64,000 bases of DNA from a virus. The notes beneath the pieces are model-generated. The model saw nothing but the letters and a program-made list of their open reading frames with translations. It was not told the DNA's origin and ran no database searches. The translations under genes were made by a program, and so were the position numbers. Of this stretch, positions 14,753-25,718 are shown in pieces. The stretch lies in the IMG/VR virus record IMGVR_UViG_3300046028_008994; one strand, written 5' to 3'. The number at the start of each line of letters is the position of its first letter. Position 1 is the stretch's first letter.

Positions 14753-15606
14753 TGGCTACTATAGATTTACAATTATTCGAAAATTCATTACCTGATAGTC
14801 TAAAATCAACAGGCTCAGAAAAATTAGGGCAACTTATTTTAGAAAAAGGAATACAAATAAATGACATTGTTCAACCTCAATTAGATTTACTTTTATCTAA
14901 TTTAACAACACCTGATGGTTTATGTTTACCTGAAGCTCAATTAAACGAGTTTATAACTCAAAGAAATAATATAGTAAATACCTTAAATCAAATTAATAAA
15001 TATTTAGATTTAACTACTGGTACTATAGGAATAACATCAACTATATTAGATACTTTAATATCCACAGCAAGAACATTAAAAGGACTCAAACCAGCAGCAA
15101 TAGCGGCAACAGCCGCAAGTCCAGTTCCAGGTCCTTTTGCAAGTTTAGTATTACAAGCCAATGAAGTATCAAATAATTTAACATTTGATATTTTAGGAAA
15201 TTCAAAATTAAATAAGATAAAACTAATAATTGATAGAACAGCAGTTCCTATATCTTTAACATCACGATTTATATCTAACGCTGTTACAGCATTAGGTCTT
15301 ATAGATGTAATATTAAAAAAATGCTCACCCAATTCAACTATTTCCCCAATATCTCAAAACCTAGTAAATATAACAGAAGCTCAATTAAGATCAACACAAA
15401 CAATAAATGATATTACTTATAAAGGTTTTATTATTGAAATTCAAGAAGTACCATTTAACGATACAATAATTCGTAGAAAAGCAGTTGGTAAAAATGTACA
15501 AGGAATCCCATTAATTGAAACTGAATTATCATTTACAACAAACTCACAAATTCTCATCAATGAATTAAAATTAATAATTGATAGAGATAATTTAAAAGCC
15601 TATTAA
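14752..15606 (+). CDS. Hypothetical virion-module protein
   Basis: 284-aa ORF translationally coupled within the baseplate block. Confidence 0.7.
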   Translation: MATIDLQLFENSLPDSLKSTGSEKLGQLILEKGIQINDIVQPQLDLLLSNLTTPDGLCLPEAQLNEFITQRNNIVNTLNQINKYLDLTTGTIGITSTILDTLISTARTLKGLKPAAIAATAASPVPGPFASLVLQANEVSNNLTFDILGNSKLNKIKLIIDRTAVPISLTSRFISNAVTALGLIDVILKKCSPNSTISPISQNLVNITEAQLRSTQTINDITYKGFIIEIQEVPFNDTIIRRKAVGKNVQGIPLIETELSFTTNSQILINELKLIIDRDNLKAY

Positions 15607-15623
15607 TTTAATATTTATAAACA

Positions 15624-15968
15624 ATGAAACCGTCAGATTTTAAAAACATCATCAAAGAATCAGTAAAAGAAGCTATTCAAGAAGAATTAAAAGAAATTCT
15701 TTTAGAGGCTATTCGTACCCCTAAAACAATTGTTACCGAACAAGTTAAAAATACATATGCTCAACCACAAATAAACAATCCTAAAAAATTAACACCTGCA
15801 GAAAGACATGCAATGTTTGGAGGGATTTTAGGTGAAATGCAAAATGGAGGAGTAGCTAATACTAATAATATTCCTTTTAACTCAACAGGTCCAGTAGACC
15901 CAGTTAATGGAGCTTTACCTGAAGGCGAAGTAGGATTAGATATGATAATGGGTTTAATGAATAAATAA
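15624..15968 (+). CDS. Hypothetical protein with MKxSxFKxIIKE leader
   Basis: Late motif at 15612. Confidence 0.7.
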   Translation: MKPSDFKNIIKESVKEAIQEELKEILLEAIRTPKTIVTEQVKNTYAQPQINNPKKLTPAERHAMFGGILGEMQNGGVANTNNIPFNSTGPVDPVNGALPEGEVGLDMIMGLMNK

Positions 15969-16375
15969 TGGCTTTTGGAGCGAAAAAAATATTTCCTATA
16001 GATACACGCCCTGGAACGGGTGTAGGAATTGGTTTACCTTTTAATGCTCCGGCTGTTTTTCCTATTACTTATACTACAAAAGATGCTATCAAAAATAATT
16101 TAATTAACTATTTTTTAACAAATAAAGATGAAAGATATTTAAATCCAACTTTTGGTGGAAATTTAAGAGCATTTATATTTCAACAAATAGATGAAGGTAA
16201 TGTAAATTATTTAAAAGAAGATATTCAAAATCAAATTGGATTATTTTTTCCAAATGTTATTATAGGGAGTCTAGAAATAGATTCGTTCCCAGATATAAAT
16301 CAAATATCAGTAACTTTAAAATATAATATTAAAGATACAGGTTTAACAGATACAATACAATTAGCATTTACATAA
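15968..16375 (+). CDS. Baseplate wedge subunit, gp25-like
   Basis: IKNNLINYFLTNKDERYLNPTFGGNL..FIFQ. Confidence 0.85.
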   Translation: MAFGAKKIFPIDTRPGTGVGIGLPFNAPAVFPITYTTKDAIKNNLINYFLTNKDERYLNPTFGGNLRAFIFQQIDEGNVNYLKEDIQNQIGLFFPNVIIGSLEIDSFPDINQISVTLKYNIKDTGLTDTIQLAFT

Positions 16376-18234
16376 TGGCTACTAAAAAAAGAAATATACA
16401 ATATATAAATAAAGATTTTAGTGAATTAAGAGCAAACTTAATTGACTATGCTAGAACTTATTTTCCAACAACCTATAATGACTTTACAGAAGCATCACCT
16501 GGAATGATGTTTATGGAAATGGCAGCGTATGTTGGAGATGTTTTATCATTTTATCTTGATAATCAATTACAAGAAACTTATTTACAATATGCTCGTCAAA
16601 CAAATAATTTGTATGAATTAGCTTATATGTTTGGTTATAAACCAAATGTAACTCAAGTTGCAACAACTGAAATTGATTTTTATCAACAAGTACCTGCTAA
16701 ATTATCTGGTTCAACATATATTCCTGATTTTGATTATGCTTTATTTATTAACCAAAATGCTAGAGCAGCATCACCCAATATTCAAAATACATCATTCTTA
16801 ATAGAAGATCCGATTGATTTTTCAGTATCAAGTTCAGGTGATCCTACAGAAGTAACTGTATTTTCTACTTCAGGAGGTAACCCAACTTATTTTTTACTAA
16901 AGAAAACAAGAAAAGCAATATCTTCAACTATTAGTACTACTACTTTTAGTTTTGGTTCTCCAGTACAATTTTCAACTGTAACTATTAATACACCACGAAT
17001 TGTAGGAATTTTAGATGTAATTGATACTGATGGAAATAAATGGTATGAAGTAGATTATTTAGCTCAAGATACTGTATATGATTCTATTAAAAATACAAAT
17101 ATAAATAATCCTAACTTATCACAGTATAGTGGAGATACTCCTTATATTTTAAAATTAAGACAAGTTCAAAGAAGATTTACATCAAGATTTTTAGATTCTC
17201 AAACTTTACAATTACAATTTGGAGCAGGAACAGCTAATGATACTGATGAAGAAATTATACCTAATCCAAATAACGTAGGTATTGGTTTACCTTTTGAAAA
17301 ATCAAAATTAACAGCAGCATATTCACCTACAAACTTTATGTTTACTAAAACATATGGTATTGCTCCTTCTAATACTACTTTAACAGTAAGATATTTAACC
17401 GGTGGAGGAGTTACAGCAAATGTACCTGCTAATAGCTTAACTAATTTAATTGCAAATACTACATTTTTAAAATCAAATTTAAATTCAGTAACATCAGATA
17501 CTATATTTAATTCATTAGCTATTACAAATCCAACAGCAGCAAGTGGTGGTGGAGATGGAGATACAATAGAAGAAATTAGACAAAATGCATCCTCAAATTT
17601 TTCATCTCAATTACGTAACGTAACTCAAGATGATTATTTAGTTAGAACATTATCTTTACCTGCTAAATATGGTGTTGTATCTAAAGCGTATATTGAACCT
17701 ACAAAAGCACAATCCATATCTTCTGGTGAATCTAATTCAATATTAGATCTATACGTTTTATCATACGATGTAAATAATAGATTAACTATAGCTTCACCAT
17801 CAATAAAACAAAATGTTGTAAATTATTTATCACAATATAAAATGGTAAATGATGCTGTAAATATTAAAGATGGTTTTATTATTAATATTGGATTGAATTT
17901 TGATATTATTATATTACCTAATTATAATAGTAATCAAATTTTATCAAATTGTATTACTGCTTTACAAGATTATTTTCTAATAGATAAATGGCAAATAAAT
18001 CAACCAATTTTATTAAGAGATATTTATATTTTATTAGATAGAATTGAAGGAGTTCAAACAGTTAAAAACGTAGAAATAACAAATTTAGTTGGAGAAAATT
18101 TAGGATATTCACCTTATGCTTATGATATAGCAGGAGCAACAATTAGTAATGTTGTTTATCCATCATTAGATCCTTCAATTTTTGAGGTAAAATATCCAAC
18201 ACAAGATATTCAAGGAAGAGTAGTAAACTTATAA
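16375..18234 (+). CDS. Baseplate wedge subunit, gp6/baseplate-J-like
   Basis: YINKDFSELR..L..Y....FP..YNDF..ASPG; GGGDGDTIEEIR; RNVTQDDY. Confidence 0.85.
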   Translation: MATKKRNIQYINKDFSELRANLIDYARTYFPTTYNDFTEASPGMMFMEMAAYVGDVLSFYLDNQLQETYLQYARQTNNLYELAYMFGYKPNVTQVATTEIDFYQQVPAKLSGSTYIPDFDYALFINQNARAASPNIQNTSFLIEDPIDFSVSSSGDPTEVTVFSTSGGNPTYFLLKKTRKAISSTISTTTFSFGSPVQFSTVTINTPRIVGILDVIDTDGNKWYEVDYLAQDTVYDSIKNTNINNPNLSQYSGDTPYILKLRQVQRRFTSRFLDSQTLQLQFGAGTANDTDEEIIPNPNNVGIGLPFEKSKLTAAYSPTNFMFTKTYGIAPSNTTLTVRYLTGGGVTANVPANSLTNLIANTTFLKSNLNSVTSDTIFNSLAITNPTAASGGGDGDTIEEIRQNASSNFSSQLRNVTQDDYLVRTLSLPAKYGVVSKAYIEPTKAQSISSGESNSILDLYVLSYDVNNRLTIASPSIKQNVVNYLSQYKMVNDAVNIKDGFIINIGLNFDIIILPNYNSNQILSNCITALQDYFLIDKWQINQPILLRDIYILLDRIEGVQTVKNVEITNLVGENLGYSPYAYDIAGATISNVVYPSLDPSIFEVKYPTQDIQGRVVNL

Positions 18235-18240
18235 TAAAAA

Positions 18241-19434
18241 ATGGCAGTATATAAATTATTTCCGACTAAAGACGCAACGTTATATTCATTATTTCCAACA
18301 ATGAATACAGGATTAGATCCTATTATGGAAGCTACTCTTACAACATTTGCTTATTCTACCCCAAATCCTCAAACAAGTAGATTTTTAATTTCATTTGATG
18401 AAACAGAAATTGAAGATGTATTAGAAAATAAAATAGGCATAAGTAGCTCAGCACAATTATTAAGTACATCTAGTTGGAAAGCAACATTAAACTGTTTTAT
18501 AGCAACAGCAACTGGATTAGAAATATTACCAACAGGTACTACTTTAGAATGTTATCCTGTATCTGGGGCTTGGAGTATGGGAACAGGACAATATTTGGAT
18601 GATCCTCAAACCACAGATGGAACAAGTTGGATATGGCAAGGATATTCAGGTTCTAACACTTGGGCAACATCAAACTATAATACTTGTTCAACAGGATCTT
18701 ATAATACAAATTATGCACCAGCTGGTGGAGGAACATGGTATACTGGATCTGTAATACCTTCTAGATTAAATTCTAATATATATCCTATAACAGCTTCTCA
18801 ATCATTTAATTATAAATCTACTAAAGATACTAATTTTAATGTATCTAATATGATTAGAGCATGGTATACAGGAGCTATACCTAATAATACATTTGATGGA
18901 TTTATAATAAAACAAGAACCTGAATTTATAGATAATATTAATTACCAACCAGAATTAAAATATTATTCAGTAGATACTAATACTATTTATCCTCCGCAAT
19001 TACAATTTAGCTGGAGAGATTATACTTTTAATACAGGATCTTCTACACAAACAATATTAAATACCTTACCAGCTACTATTACAGTAGCTAATAACCCAGG
19101 CACATTTTTTCCAAATAGTATAAATAAATTTAGAGTAAATGCTAGACCAGAATTTCCAATTCAAGTATGGCAAACATCATCAGTTTATACTAATAATTTT
19201 TATTTACCTACTACGTCATATTATGCTATTAAAGATGTATACACGAATGAATATGTTATAGATTTTGATGATTTATATACACAGATAAGCGCGGATTCTA
19301 CGTCAAGTTACTTTGAAGTATACATGAATGGATTAGAACCAGAAAGATATTATACTATTATAATAAAAACAATAATTGACGGAACAACAATTGTTTTCGA
19401 TAATCAATACTCATTTAAAATTGTTAATGGATAA
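18241..19434 (+). CDS. Virion structural protein (baseplate region)
   Basis: KDATLYS..P.MNTGLD; GGTWY; position in the baseplate block. Confidence 0.6.
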   Translation: MAVYKLFPTKDATLYSLFPTMNTGLDPIMEATLTTFAYSTPNPQTSRFLISFDETEIEDVLENKIGISSSAQLLSTSSWKATLNCFIATATGLEILPTGTTLECYPVSGAWSMGTGQYLDDPQTTDGTSWIWQGYSGSNTWATSNYNTCSTGSYNTNYAPAGGGTWYTGSVIPSRLNSNIYPITASQSFNYKSTKDTNFNVSNMIRAWYTGAIPNNTFDGFIIKQEPEFIDNINYQPELKYYSVDTNTIYPPQLQFSWRDYTFNTGSSTQTILNTLPATITVANNPGTFFPNSINKFRVNARPEFPIQVWQTSSVYTNNFYLPTTSYYAIKDVYTNEYVIDFDDLYTQISADSTSSYFEVYMNGLEPERYYTIIIKTIIDGTTIVFDNQYSFKIVNG

Positions 19435-19772
19435 TGGAAAATATTACACCAAATAAAACAATATTTGATAAAAATCAATATAAAAGAGTAATAGATACTT
19501 CTTTTACTCAATTGGTACAACCACAACCAACAGGTTCTTTACCAACCATTTCTGTAGCTGAATTTTTTCAAAATTATCAAACATTATTTTTTTCAATACC
19601 TAAATTTGGAGATACAAATTCTCATGAATATCTTATTAAAACGAGTAGTGAATATGTTGGTTCAACAAATTTAAATGATGATTTAATTCAAGCATTATTA
19701 GAAGAAACAAATCAATTAAGACAAGAAAATCTTGAATTACAACAAAGTATATTAGGAAATATAACACAATAA
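19434..19772 (+). CDS. Hypothetical structural protein
   Basis: Coupled ORF in the baseplate block. Confidence 0.65.
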   Translation: MENITPNKTIFDKNQYKRVIDTSFTQLVQPQPTGSLPTISVAEFFQNYQTLFFSIPKFGDTNSHEYLIKTSSEYVGSTNLNDDLIQALLEETNQLRQENLELQQSILGNITQ

Positions 19773-19777
19773 AATAA

Positions 19778-22700
19778 ATGGCTGAAATAGTTAATATACA
19801 AAATATAAACCCAACAACATTTGAACTACAAACCTATTCTCCAGAAGATAGTGCTCTTATAAATTCAACAACAATAGATCGTATTTTTAATTCTTCTACG
19901 GATATTATAGAATATTTTATCTATGATTTAAATTCAAATATATTATTCGAAAATGTAGATGGTTATTCTAGTTATTATATAAATAATAATATAATAACTT
20001 TAACACCAGAAGAAAATTTAAAAAATGCTGGTTTTACAGAAGGAAATTATAATACTTTATATAATTTTTTAACCCCAAGACTAGGTTCAAATTCACTTAA
20101 TCGTTACTTTATATCAGAAATAAGTTCCGATAGAACAGAAATTAGATTAGATACAACTGCTATTCCAAACGAAGTTGTGGTTTCTTCTGCTAATGAATTA
20201 TCTAATGAAATTAGTACAACAGTAGGTAGTTATTATGATTTTTATTTAGATTTTGGTAACAATCAATTAATAATAGCTAATAACGTATTACTAGATAATT
20301 CTATTGAAACTAATCCAACAGTATTAATAAAATTATATGATGCTTTACCTTCTCAATTTTCAATCAAAGATGAATTATGGGTTGTAGTTAAAGCATCTGA
20401 TTCTGTTGCTTATAATATTAGTATTATAAATACATTTGATATAGAAGATGAGTTTATTTATTTAAAAGGTCCTAATACTAACATTAATATTAAGGATCAA
20501 ATAAATAATTCTACTAATTATATTAATTTAGCTAATCTTAATAATACATCAACATCACAAGGATCAGGTAGCTCTCAATATCAACTAAATAGTTTATTAG
20601 CTGAAACAGGAATAGAAATCAATATAGATTATTCCGATTATTCAAATTTTATACATTTCTCTTCAGCACAAACTCGTTTAGAAAATTTTTACTATAAATT
20701 ATCATTAATAGAACAATATAATTATAGTGCTAGTTTGTCTAGTGGAACACCAACAAATTATTATGTTTCATCAAGTAATATAGTATATCAAAATAAAATT
20801 GATGAAATTATTACAGGATTTGATGGATATGAATATTTTTTATATTACGAATCAGGTTCAACTTGTTGGCCTAAAAGTAATGATACTCCACCATATGTAA
20901 ATGTTTTAACTACTTCATTAAATGGTCAAAATTGGTTAATAAGTCAATCTTTAGTAGCTGAAAACTATGATTTAGAAAATAATAATGCTTTAACTTTAGC
21001 TATTCCTTCATATATTACTGATGACCCTAGTAATTTTCAATTTAATTTATTTATTGAAATGATTGGTCAAAGTTTTGATAATACATTTGTATATTTACAA
21101 GATATTACTAACAAATATAATGCTGATAATAGATTAAATTATGGTGTATCTAAAGACTTAGTAGCAGATATACTAAGAGATATGGGTATAAAAATATACC
21201 AAAATAATTTTTCATCAAACGATTTATATTCTGCATTAATAGGTTTTACACCATCAGGAAGTTTATATAATTTACCATATACAACAACACAATATCCTGT
21301 ACCATCAGGTTCGTTTTTAGATTATATAACAACGTATATAACTGCTTCTTCTACATCTTCATTGACACCCACTAGTGATATAAATAAAGAACAATATAAA
21401 CGAATATACCATAATTTACCTTTATTATTAAAGAAAAAAGGTAGTACTCAAGGTTTAAAAGATTTAATTACTACTTTTGGAGTCCCAGATACTATTTTAA
21501 GAATAAATGAATTTGGAGGTAAAGATAAAAATCCAAATACATGGGATTACGGACAAAATGAATATAATTATGCTTTTTATACTAGTGGCTCTGCTTTTAT
21601 ATCATCATCTTTTGTTTTAAATTCATCATGGGGTTCTTTAAATGATAGACCTCAAGCAGTAGAATTTAGATTTAAAACTAATACTTTACCACAAAATACA
21701 GCTAGTATAGCTTTACAAAACTTATGGTCAACAGACAATGGAGTTACATTAAGATTAAGATACACAGGCTCAGGTTATATTACTGCTTCTTATAGTGGTG
21801 GTCCCTTAAATCCTTATTATCAATATGCTTTATTAGAATTTATACCTAATACATCATCTGCTTCAGTATCTGCTAGTATTTATTTACCATTTTATAATGA
21901 AGAATGGTGGTCAGTTTTAATCAATAGTGGAAGTAATGGATTTACTTTATATGCTGGAAATAAAAATAATGAATCACCAAATTCAATAAATTTTAAAGAA
22001 TCATCATCAGTAACTGGAAGTAATGTGTGGAATAGTAGTTTAATATCTACTTTTGGCTCATCGTCATTAAAAATATTTACAGGATCATTTCAAGAAATCA
22101 GATATTATACTCAACCACTATTGGAAGATTATTTTAATGATTATATAATGAATCCATCATCAATAGAATCAAGTGAATATTTAGCTTTTAGAGCATCTTT
22201 AGGAGGAGAATTATATACTTCATCTATTTCTATTCATCCTAAAATCACAGGTTCTTGGATATCAACTTCTTCATTTACATCAAATAGTGATTTTTATATA
22301 AGTTTAGAAGGAAAATATATTCCAAATACTGAGATTCATTATTATGATCAAGTTCCAGCAGGTATTCAGAATGCAATATCTCAAAAAATACAACAACAAA
22401 ATATAGTTTTACCTTATAGTAATAATAAAAATAATACTCCTAATCCTAAAGTACTGTCTCCTTTTATTTCAGTCCAACAATCATCACCAATAAGTCAAAG
22501 TTATACTAGAGATGTTGATTATGTAGAAGTAGGTTTTTCACCACAAAACGAAATAAATGAAGATATAAATAATCAATTAGGTTATTTTAATATTGGAGAA
22601 TTTATAGGAGATCCTAGACAACAAACATCTCCATCTTTATCATATCCTGATTTAGATGGTTTAAGAGACTCTTATTTTAAAAAGTATTTAACAGATTATC

Positions 22701-24910
22701 AAGAATGGGATTATATAAGATTAATTCAGTTTTTTGATAATTCATTATTTAAAACAGTAGCTGATTGGATTCCTGCTAGAGCAAGTTTAGCATCAGGTAT
22801 TATAATTAAACAACATTTACTAGAAAGAAATAAATACCCTGTACCACAAGCAGAAATTTCTACATCAATAGCTAATGTGGCTAGTGGTTCAACTAATATT
22901 CCTTTTTACCAAGAAAATATATTATTTACAGGTTCAATTCCAGTAGGAACAATTACTGGAAGTAATGGAGGTACATTACCTGATTTAAATGGACAAACAT
23001 CATCTGTTATATTACCTGGTAATTATAATACAACTGTAACCCAAATTTGGGGTGGAAGCAACTCAGGACCTTTAGGAATAGTTCCATTTACTGATTCATA
23101 TCAAACAGAATTTTTTGATGGAGAATTAAGTGGTTCTGTAATAACTGTTACTACTCAAAGTCTAAATCCAGATAATATATTATTAAATAATCAATCATTT
23201 TATCCTACAATAGGTGATTATCAAAATTTAAATGTTAGTGTAACTAATAATACTGTAATAAGTAGTTCTTTTCCTGCATTTTTTCCATTTAATATATTAA
23301 ATAGATATATAGATTATTATAATATTTCTACATATGAATATAGTCCTAAATATAATACTGTAGCTGATTTTAATATTTATATAACAGGATCATTTTATTT
23401 TGGCGATTCTGCTGATATATTATATATTTATGCTTTTGAAAATACAAATGGAAATTATAAATATTTAAGTAGTGATTTTGAAATTACAAATCAGGTAGGT
23501 AATGTAAATATAAACACAAATGTAAATATAAATAATATTTCATTAAAAAGTGGTTCTATATATGTTGTTGGGTATAATTTTTATAATACTGGTATAGACG
23601 ATTCAACAGGTTCACTTAATTCTGCTACTAATTGGACTGTTAATGTTGTTAATCCTCAAACTATAGGTTATCCTAATGATCCTAACATTTATCAACAATC
23701 AACATTTCCCGGTAATTTAGAATTATATCCTGAATATAATGCTGTTTTAAACAATGTCTATAGTAATAGATTATCTGAAAAATATTTTGATGTTGATTAT
23801 TCACAACAAGGTGTATTACCTGTAAATCAACAAGTAATTTTGTCACAATCCGCTACTTATGCTCAAATACAAGATTCAAATTATACTTTAGCTTCAAATA
23901 TTAATCCACGTTATGTTGGATCTAAAAATACAAGTGCTAAATATAATACTTATACTATTGGAGATTCATCATATGGTAAAACAGCAGCTATAGATAACTA
24001 TGTAAACTATTTTGCTTATTGGGATTTTAGAGGTACATCATCTCCACATTATCCAGGAGGCGGAAACATCCATTTAACTTATTTAGTAGATACAGAAGGT
24101 AATGCTATTCCATTAACTGGAAATAATAAATGGTTAGAAACAGTATCAAATATATTTGTAAAAAACCAAACAGCTTATATTTTACCAGTAGTTTATTCAC
24201 CTGGTGAACCTAATATCCCCGTTACTATTGTAGAAGGAGGGGCTATATATGAAACAATTGTAGTTAAATCAGGATCAGGAACTATATCAGATGCTGGATT
24301 TACAGTAAATGCTGATGTAATAAATAATTTCCCATCAGTATTTTTTATTTCAGGTTCAAGTATTACAAGTTCATTATTATTAAATAATCCAGTTTCACCA
24401 AACCCTAACTTTTTAGATTTTTTCATACCAGGTACTAATTTTAATAATGTAACTTCTTATACAACTAGAGGAACACCTGGATTATTTAAAATATTTAATA
24501 AATCAAATAATGGGTTAGGTGAGGGAGTAATACCAGTAGAAAATACCCTTTTCCCTATACAATATGGAGATTTTATTAGATTTGGAACATCTAATTCTCC
24601 TGATCCTATTCAATCAGGTTCATTAGACTATAAATGGAATAATGGATTTTTATATCAAATATTAGATACTAATACATCAGATATTCTTTCTGGAATATCA
24701 AGTAGTCTTCAAATAGTACCATCAGCACATAGTTATCCTCAATTAACTTCAAATCAATCATTTAGAATAATGAGAAGAGTACCAAATGAGACCTTTGTAC
24801 TAGTTAATATTATACCATCATATAAAGATGGAGGATTTTTAATTCCTGAAAATTTTAATCCAAATTTTGATCCATATGATTTAGCTAGAAAAGCAGGATT
24901 AATTCAATAA
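19778..24910 (+). CDS. Large baseplate/structural protein (1710 aa; gp7-like wedge segment and a probable beta-sandwich domain)
   Basis: KRIYHNLPLLLKKKGSTQGLKDLITTFGVP..ILRINEFGG resembles P2 gpI/gp7-type wedge segments; S/T/N-rich. Confidence 0.6.
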   Translation: MAEIVNIQNINPTTFELQTYSPEDSALINSTTIDRIFNSSTDIIEYFIYDLNSNILFENVDGYSSYYINNNIITLTPEENLKNAGFTEGNYNTLYNFLTPRLGSNSLNRYFISEISSDRTEIRLDTTAIPNEVVVSSANELSNEISTTVGSYYDFYLDFGNNQLIIANNVLLDNSIETNPTVLIKLYDALPSQFSIKDELWVVVKASDSVAYNISIINTFDIEDEFIYLKGPNTNINIKDQINNSTNYINLANLNNTSTSQGSGSSQYQLNSLLAETGIEINIDYSDYSNFIHFSSAQTRLENFYYKLSLIEQYNYSASLSSGTPTNYYVSSSNIVYQNKIDEIITGFDGYEYFLYYESGSTCWPKSNDTPPYVNVLTTSLNGQNWLISQSLVAENYDLENNNALTLAIPSYITDDPSNFQFNLFIEMIGQSFDNTFVYLQDITNKYNADNRLNYGVSKDLVADILRDMGIKIYQNNFSSNDLYSALIGFTPSGSLYNLPYTTTQYPVPSGSFLDYITTYITASSTSSLTPTSDINKEQYKRIYHNLPLLLKKKGSTQGLKDLITTFGVPDTILRINEFGGKDKNPNTWDYGQNEYNYAFYTSGSAFISSSFVLNSSWGSLNDRPQAVEFRFKTNTLPQNTASIALQNLWSTDNGVTLRLRYTGSGYITASYSGGPLNPYYQYALLEFIPNTSSASVSASIYLPFYNEEWWSVLINSGSNGFTLYAGNKNNESPNSINFKESSSVTGSNVWNSSLISTFGSSSLKIFTGSFQEIRYYTQPLLEDYFNDYIMNPSSIESSEYLAFRASLGGELYTSSISIHPKITGSWISTSSFTSNSDFYISLEGKYIPNTEIHYYDQVPAGIQNAISQKIQQQNIVLPYSNNKNNTPNPKVLSPFISVQQSSPISQSYTRDVDYVEVGFSPQNEINEDINNQLGYFNIGEFIGDPRQQTSPSLSYPDLDGLRDSYFKKYLTDYQEWDYIRLIQFFDNSLFKTVADWIPARASLASGIIIKQHLLERNKYPVPQAEISTSIANVASGSTNIPFYQENILFTGSIPVGTITGSNGGTLPDLNGQTSSVILPGNYNTTVTQIWGGSNSGPLGIVPFTDSYQTEFFDGELSGSVITVTTQSLNPDNILLNNQSFYPTIGDYQNLNVSVTNNTVISSSFPAFFPFNILNRYIDYYNISTYEYSPKYNTVADFNIYITGSFYFGDSADILYIYAFENTNGNYKYLSSDFEITNQVGNVNINTNVNINNISLKSGSIYVVGYNFYNTGIDDSTGSLNSATNWTVNVVNPQTIGYPNDPNIYQQSTFPGNLELYPEYNAVLNNVYSNRLSEKYFDVDYSQQGVLPVNQQVILSQSATYAQIQDSNYTLASNINPRYVGSKNTSAKYNTYTIGDSSYGKTAAIDNYVNYFAYWDFRGTSSPHYPGGGNIHLTYLVDTEGNAIPLTGNNKWLETVSNIFVKNQTAYILPVVYSPGEPNIPVTIVEGGAIYETIVVKSGSGTISDAGFTVNADVINNFPSVFFISGSSITSSLLLNNPVSPNPNFLDFFIPGTNFNNVTSYTTRGTPGLFKIFNKSNNGLGEGVIPVENTLFPIQYGDFIRFGTSNSPDPIQSGSLDYKWNNGFLYQILDTNTSDILSGISSSLQIVPSAHSYPQLTSNQSFRIMRRVPNETFVLVNIIPSYKDGGFLIPENFNPNFDPYDLARKAGLIQ

Positions 24911-24938
24911 AATTGAAGCTTTAATGTATTTATAATAA

Positions 24939-25673
24939 ATGCCAATGTTTAATACAGTACCTGGGTTAATTCCTTTAAAGATATTTAACGGAAATGATCT
25001 AATTACATCTAATGTTAATTTAATTAATTTTACAGGATCAGGTGTAACAGCATCTGTTGGTGAATTTAATAATTTAATTATTACTGTAGGTGGAGGAGGC
25101 GGAGGAATAACTGTTAATACAGGTTCATTATTATCAACGGCATCGTTTTCAAATCCTAATTTAACATTTATAAAAGGGGATGGAAGTACATTTTTTATAA
25201 ATTTATCTACTTTAGTACCCACAAGCGCATCTTATGCTTTAACATCTTCCTTTTCAATAACCTCTTCTTTATCTTTACAAGGTATAACAACAGCATCTGT
25301 ATCTAATACAACAATAACTTTTACAAAAGGAGACGGAACAACATTTCCAATAACAGTAGCACAGTCAGGTTCAGTATCAACAGCTTCTTATGCTTTATTT
25401 GCTGAACAAGCTCTAAGTTCTTCATATGCAGCAACAGCATCTTATGCTTTAAATTCAGATTCTAATCCTTTTAGAATAACTACAGGTAGTATTTCTGCTA
25501 GTGTAAATACAGGACCTAACATTTTTATTATTACTAATAATAATATTCCCTTATTTACAGTATCTCAAAGTGGTGTAATTATATTAGCAACTCAATCACA
25601 AGAATTAACAAACTCAGCACCAAACGGTGGAATTTATTTTACTTCTGGTTCTTTTTTCGTAGGTCTTGATTAA
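24939..25673 (+). CDS. Tail-fibre-related protein
   Basis: INFTGSGVTAS, two FTKGDG-type repeats, ASYA repeats. Confidence 0.6.
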   Translation: MPMFNTVPGLIPLKIFNGNDLITSNVNLINFTGSGVTASVGEFNNLIITVGGGGGGITVNTGSLLSTASFSNPNLTFIKGDGSTFFINLSTLVPTSASYALTSSFSITSSLSLQGITTASVSNTTITFTKGDGTTFPITVAQSGSVSTASYALFAEQALSSSYAATASYALNSDSNPFRITTGSISASVNTGPNIFIITNNNIPLFTVSQSGVIILATQSQELTNSAPNGGIYFTSGSFFVGLD

Positions 25674-25718
25674 TCTTAAATTCTTCATATATTTATAAAT
25701 AAAATAAAATAAAATAAA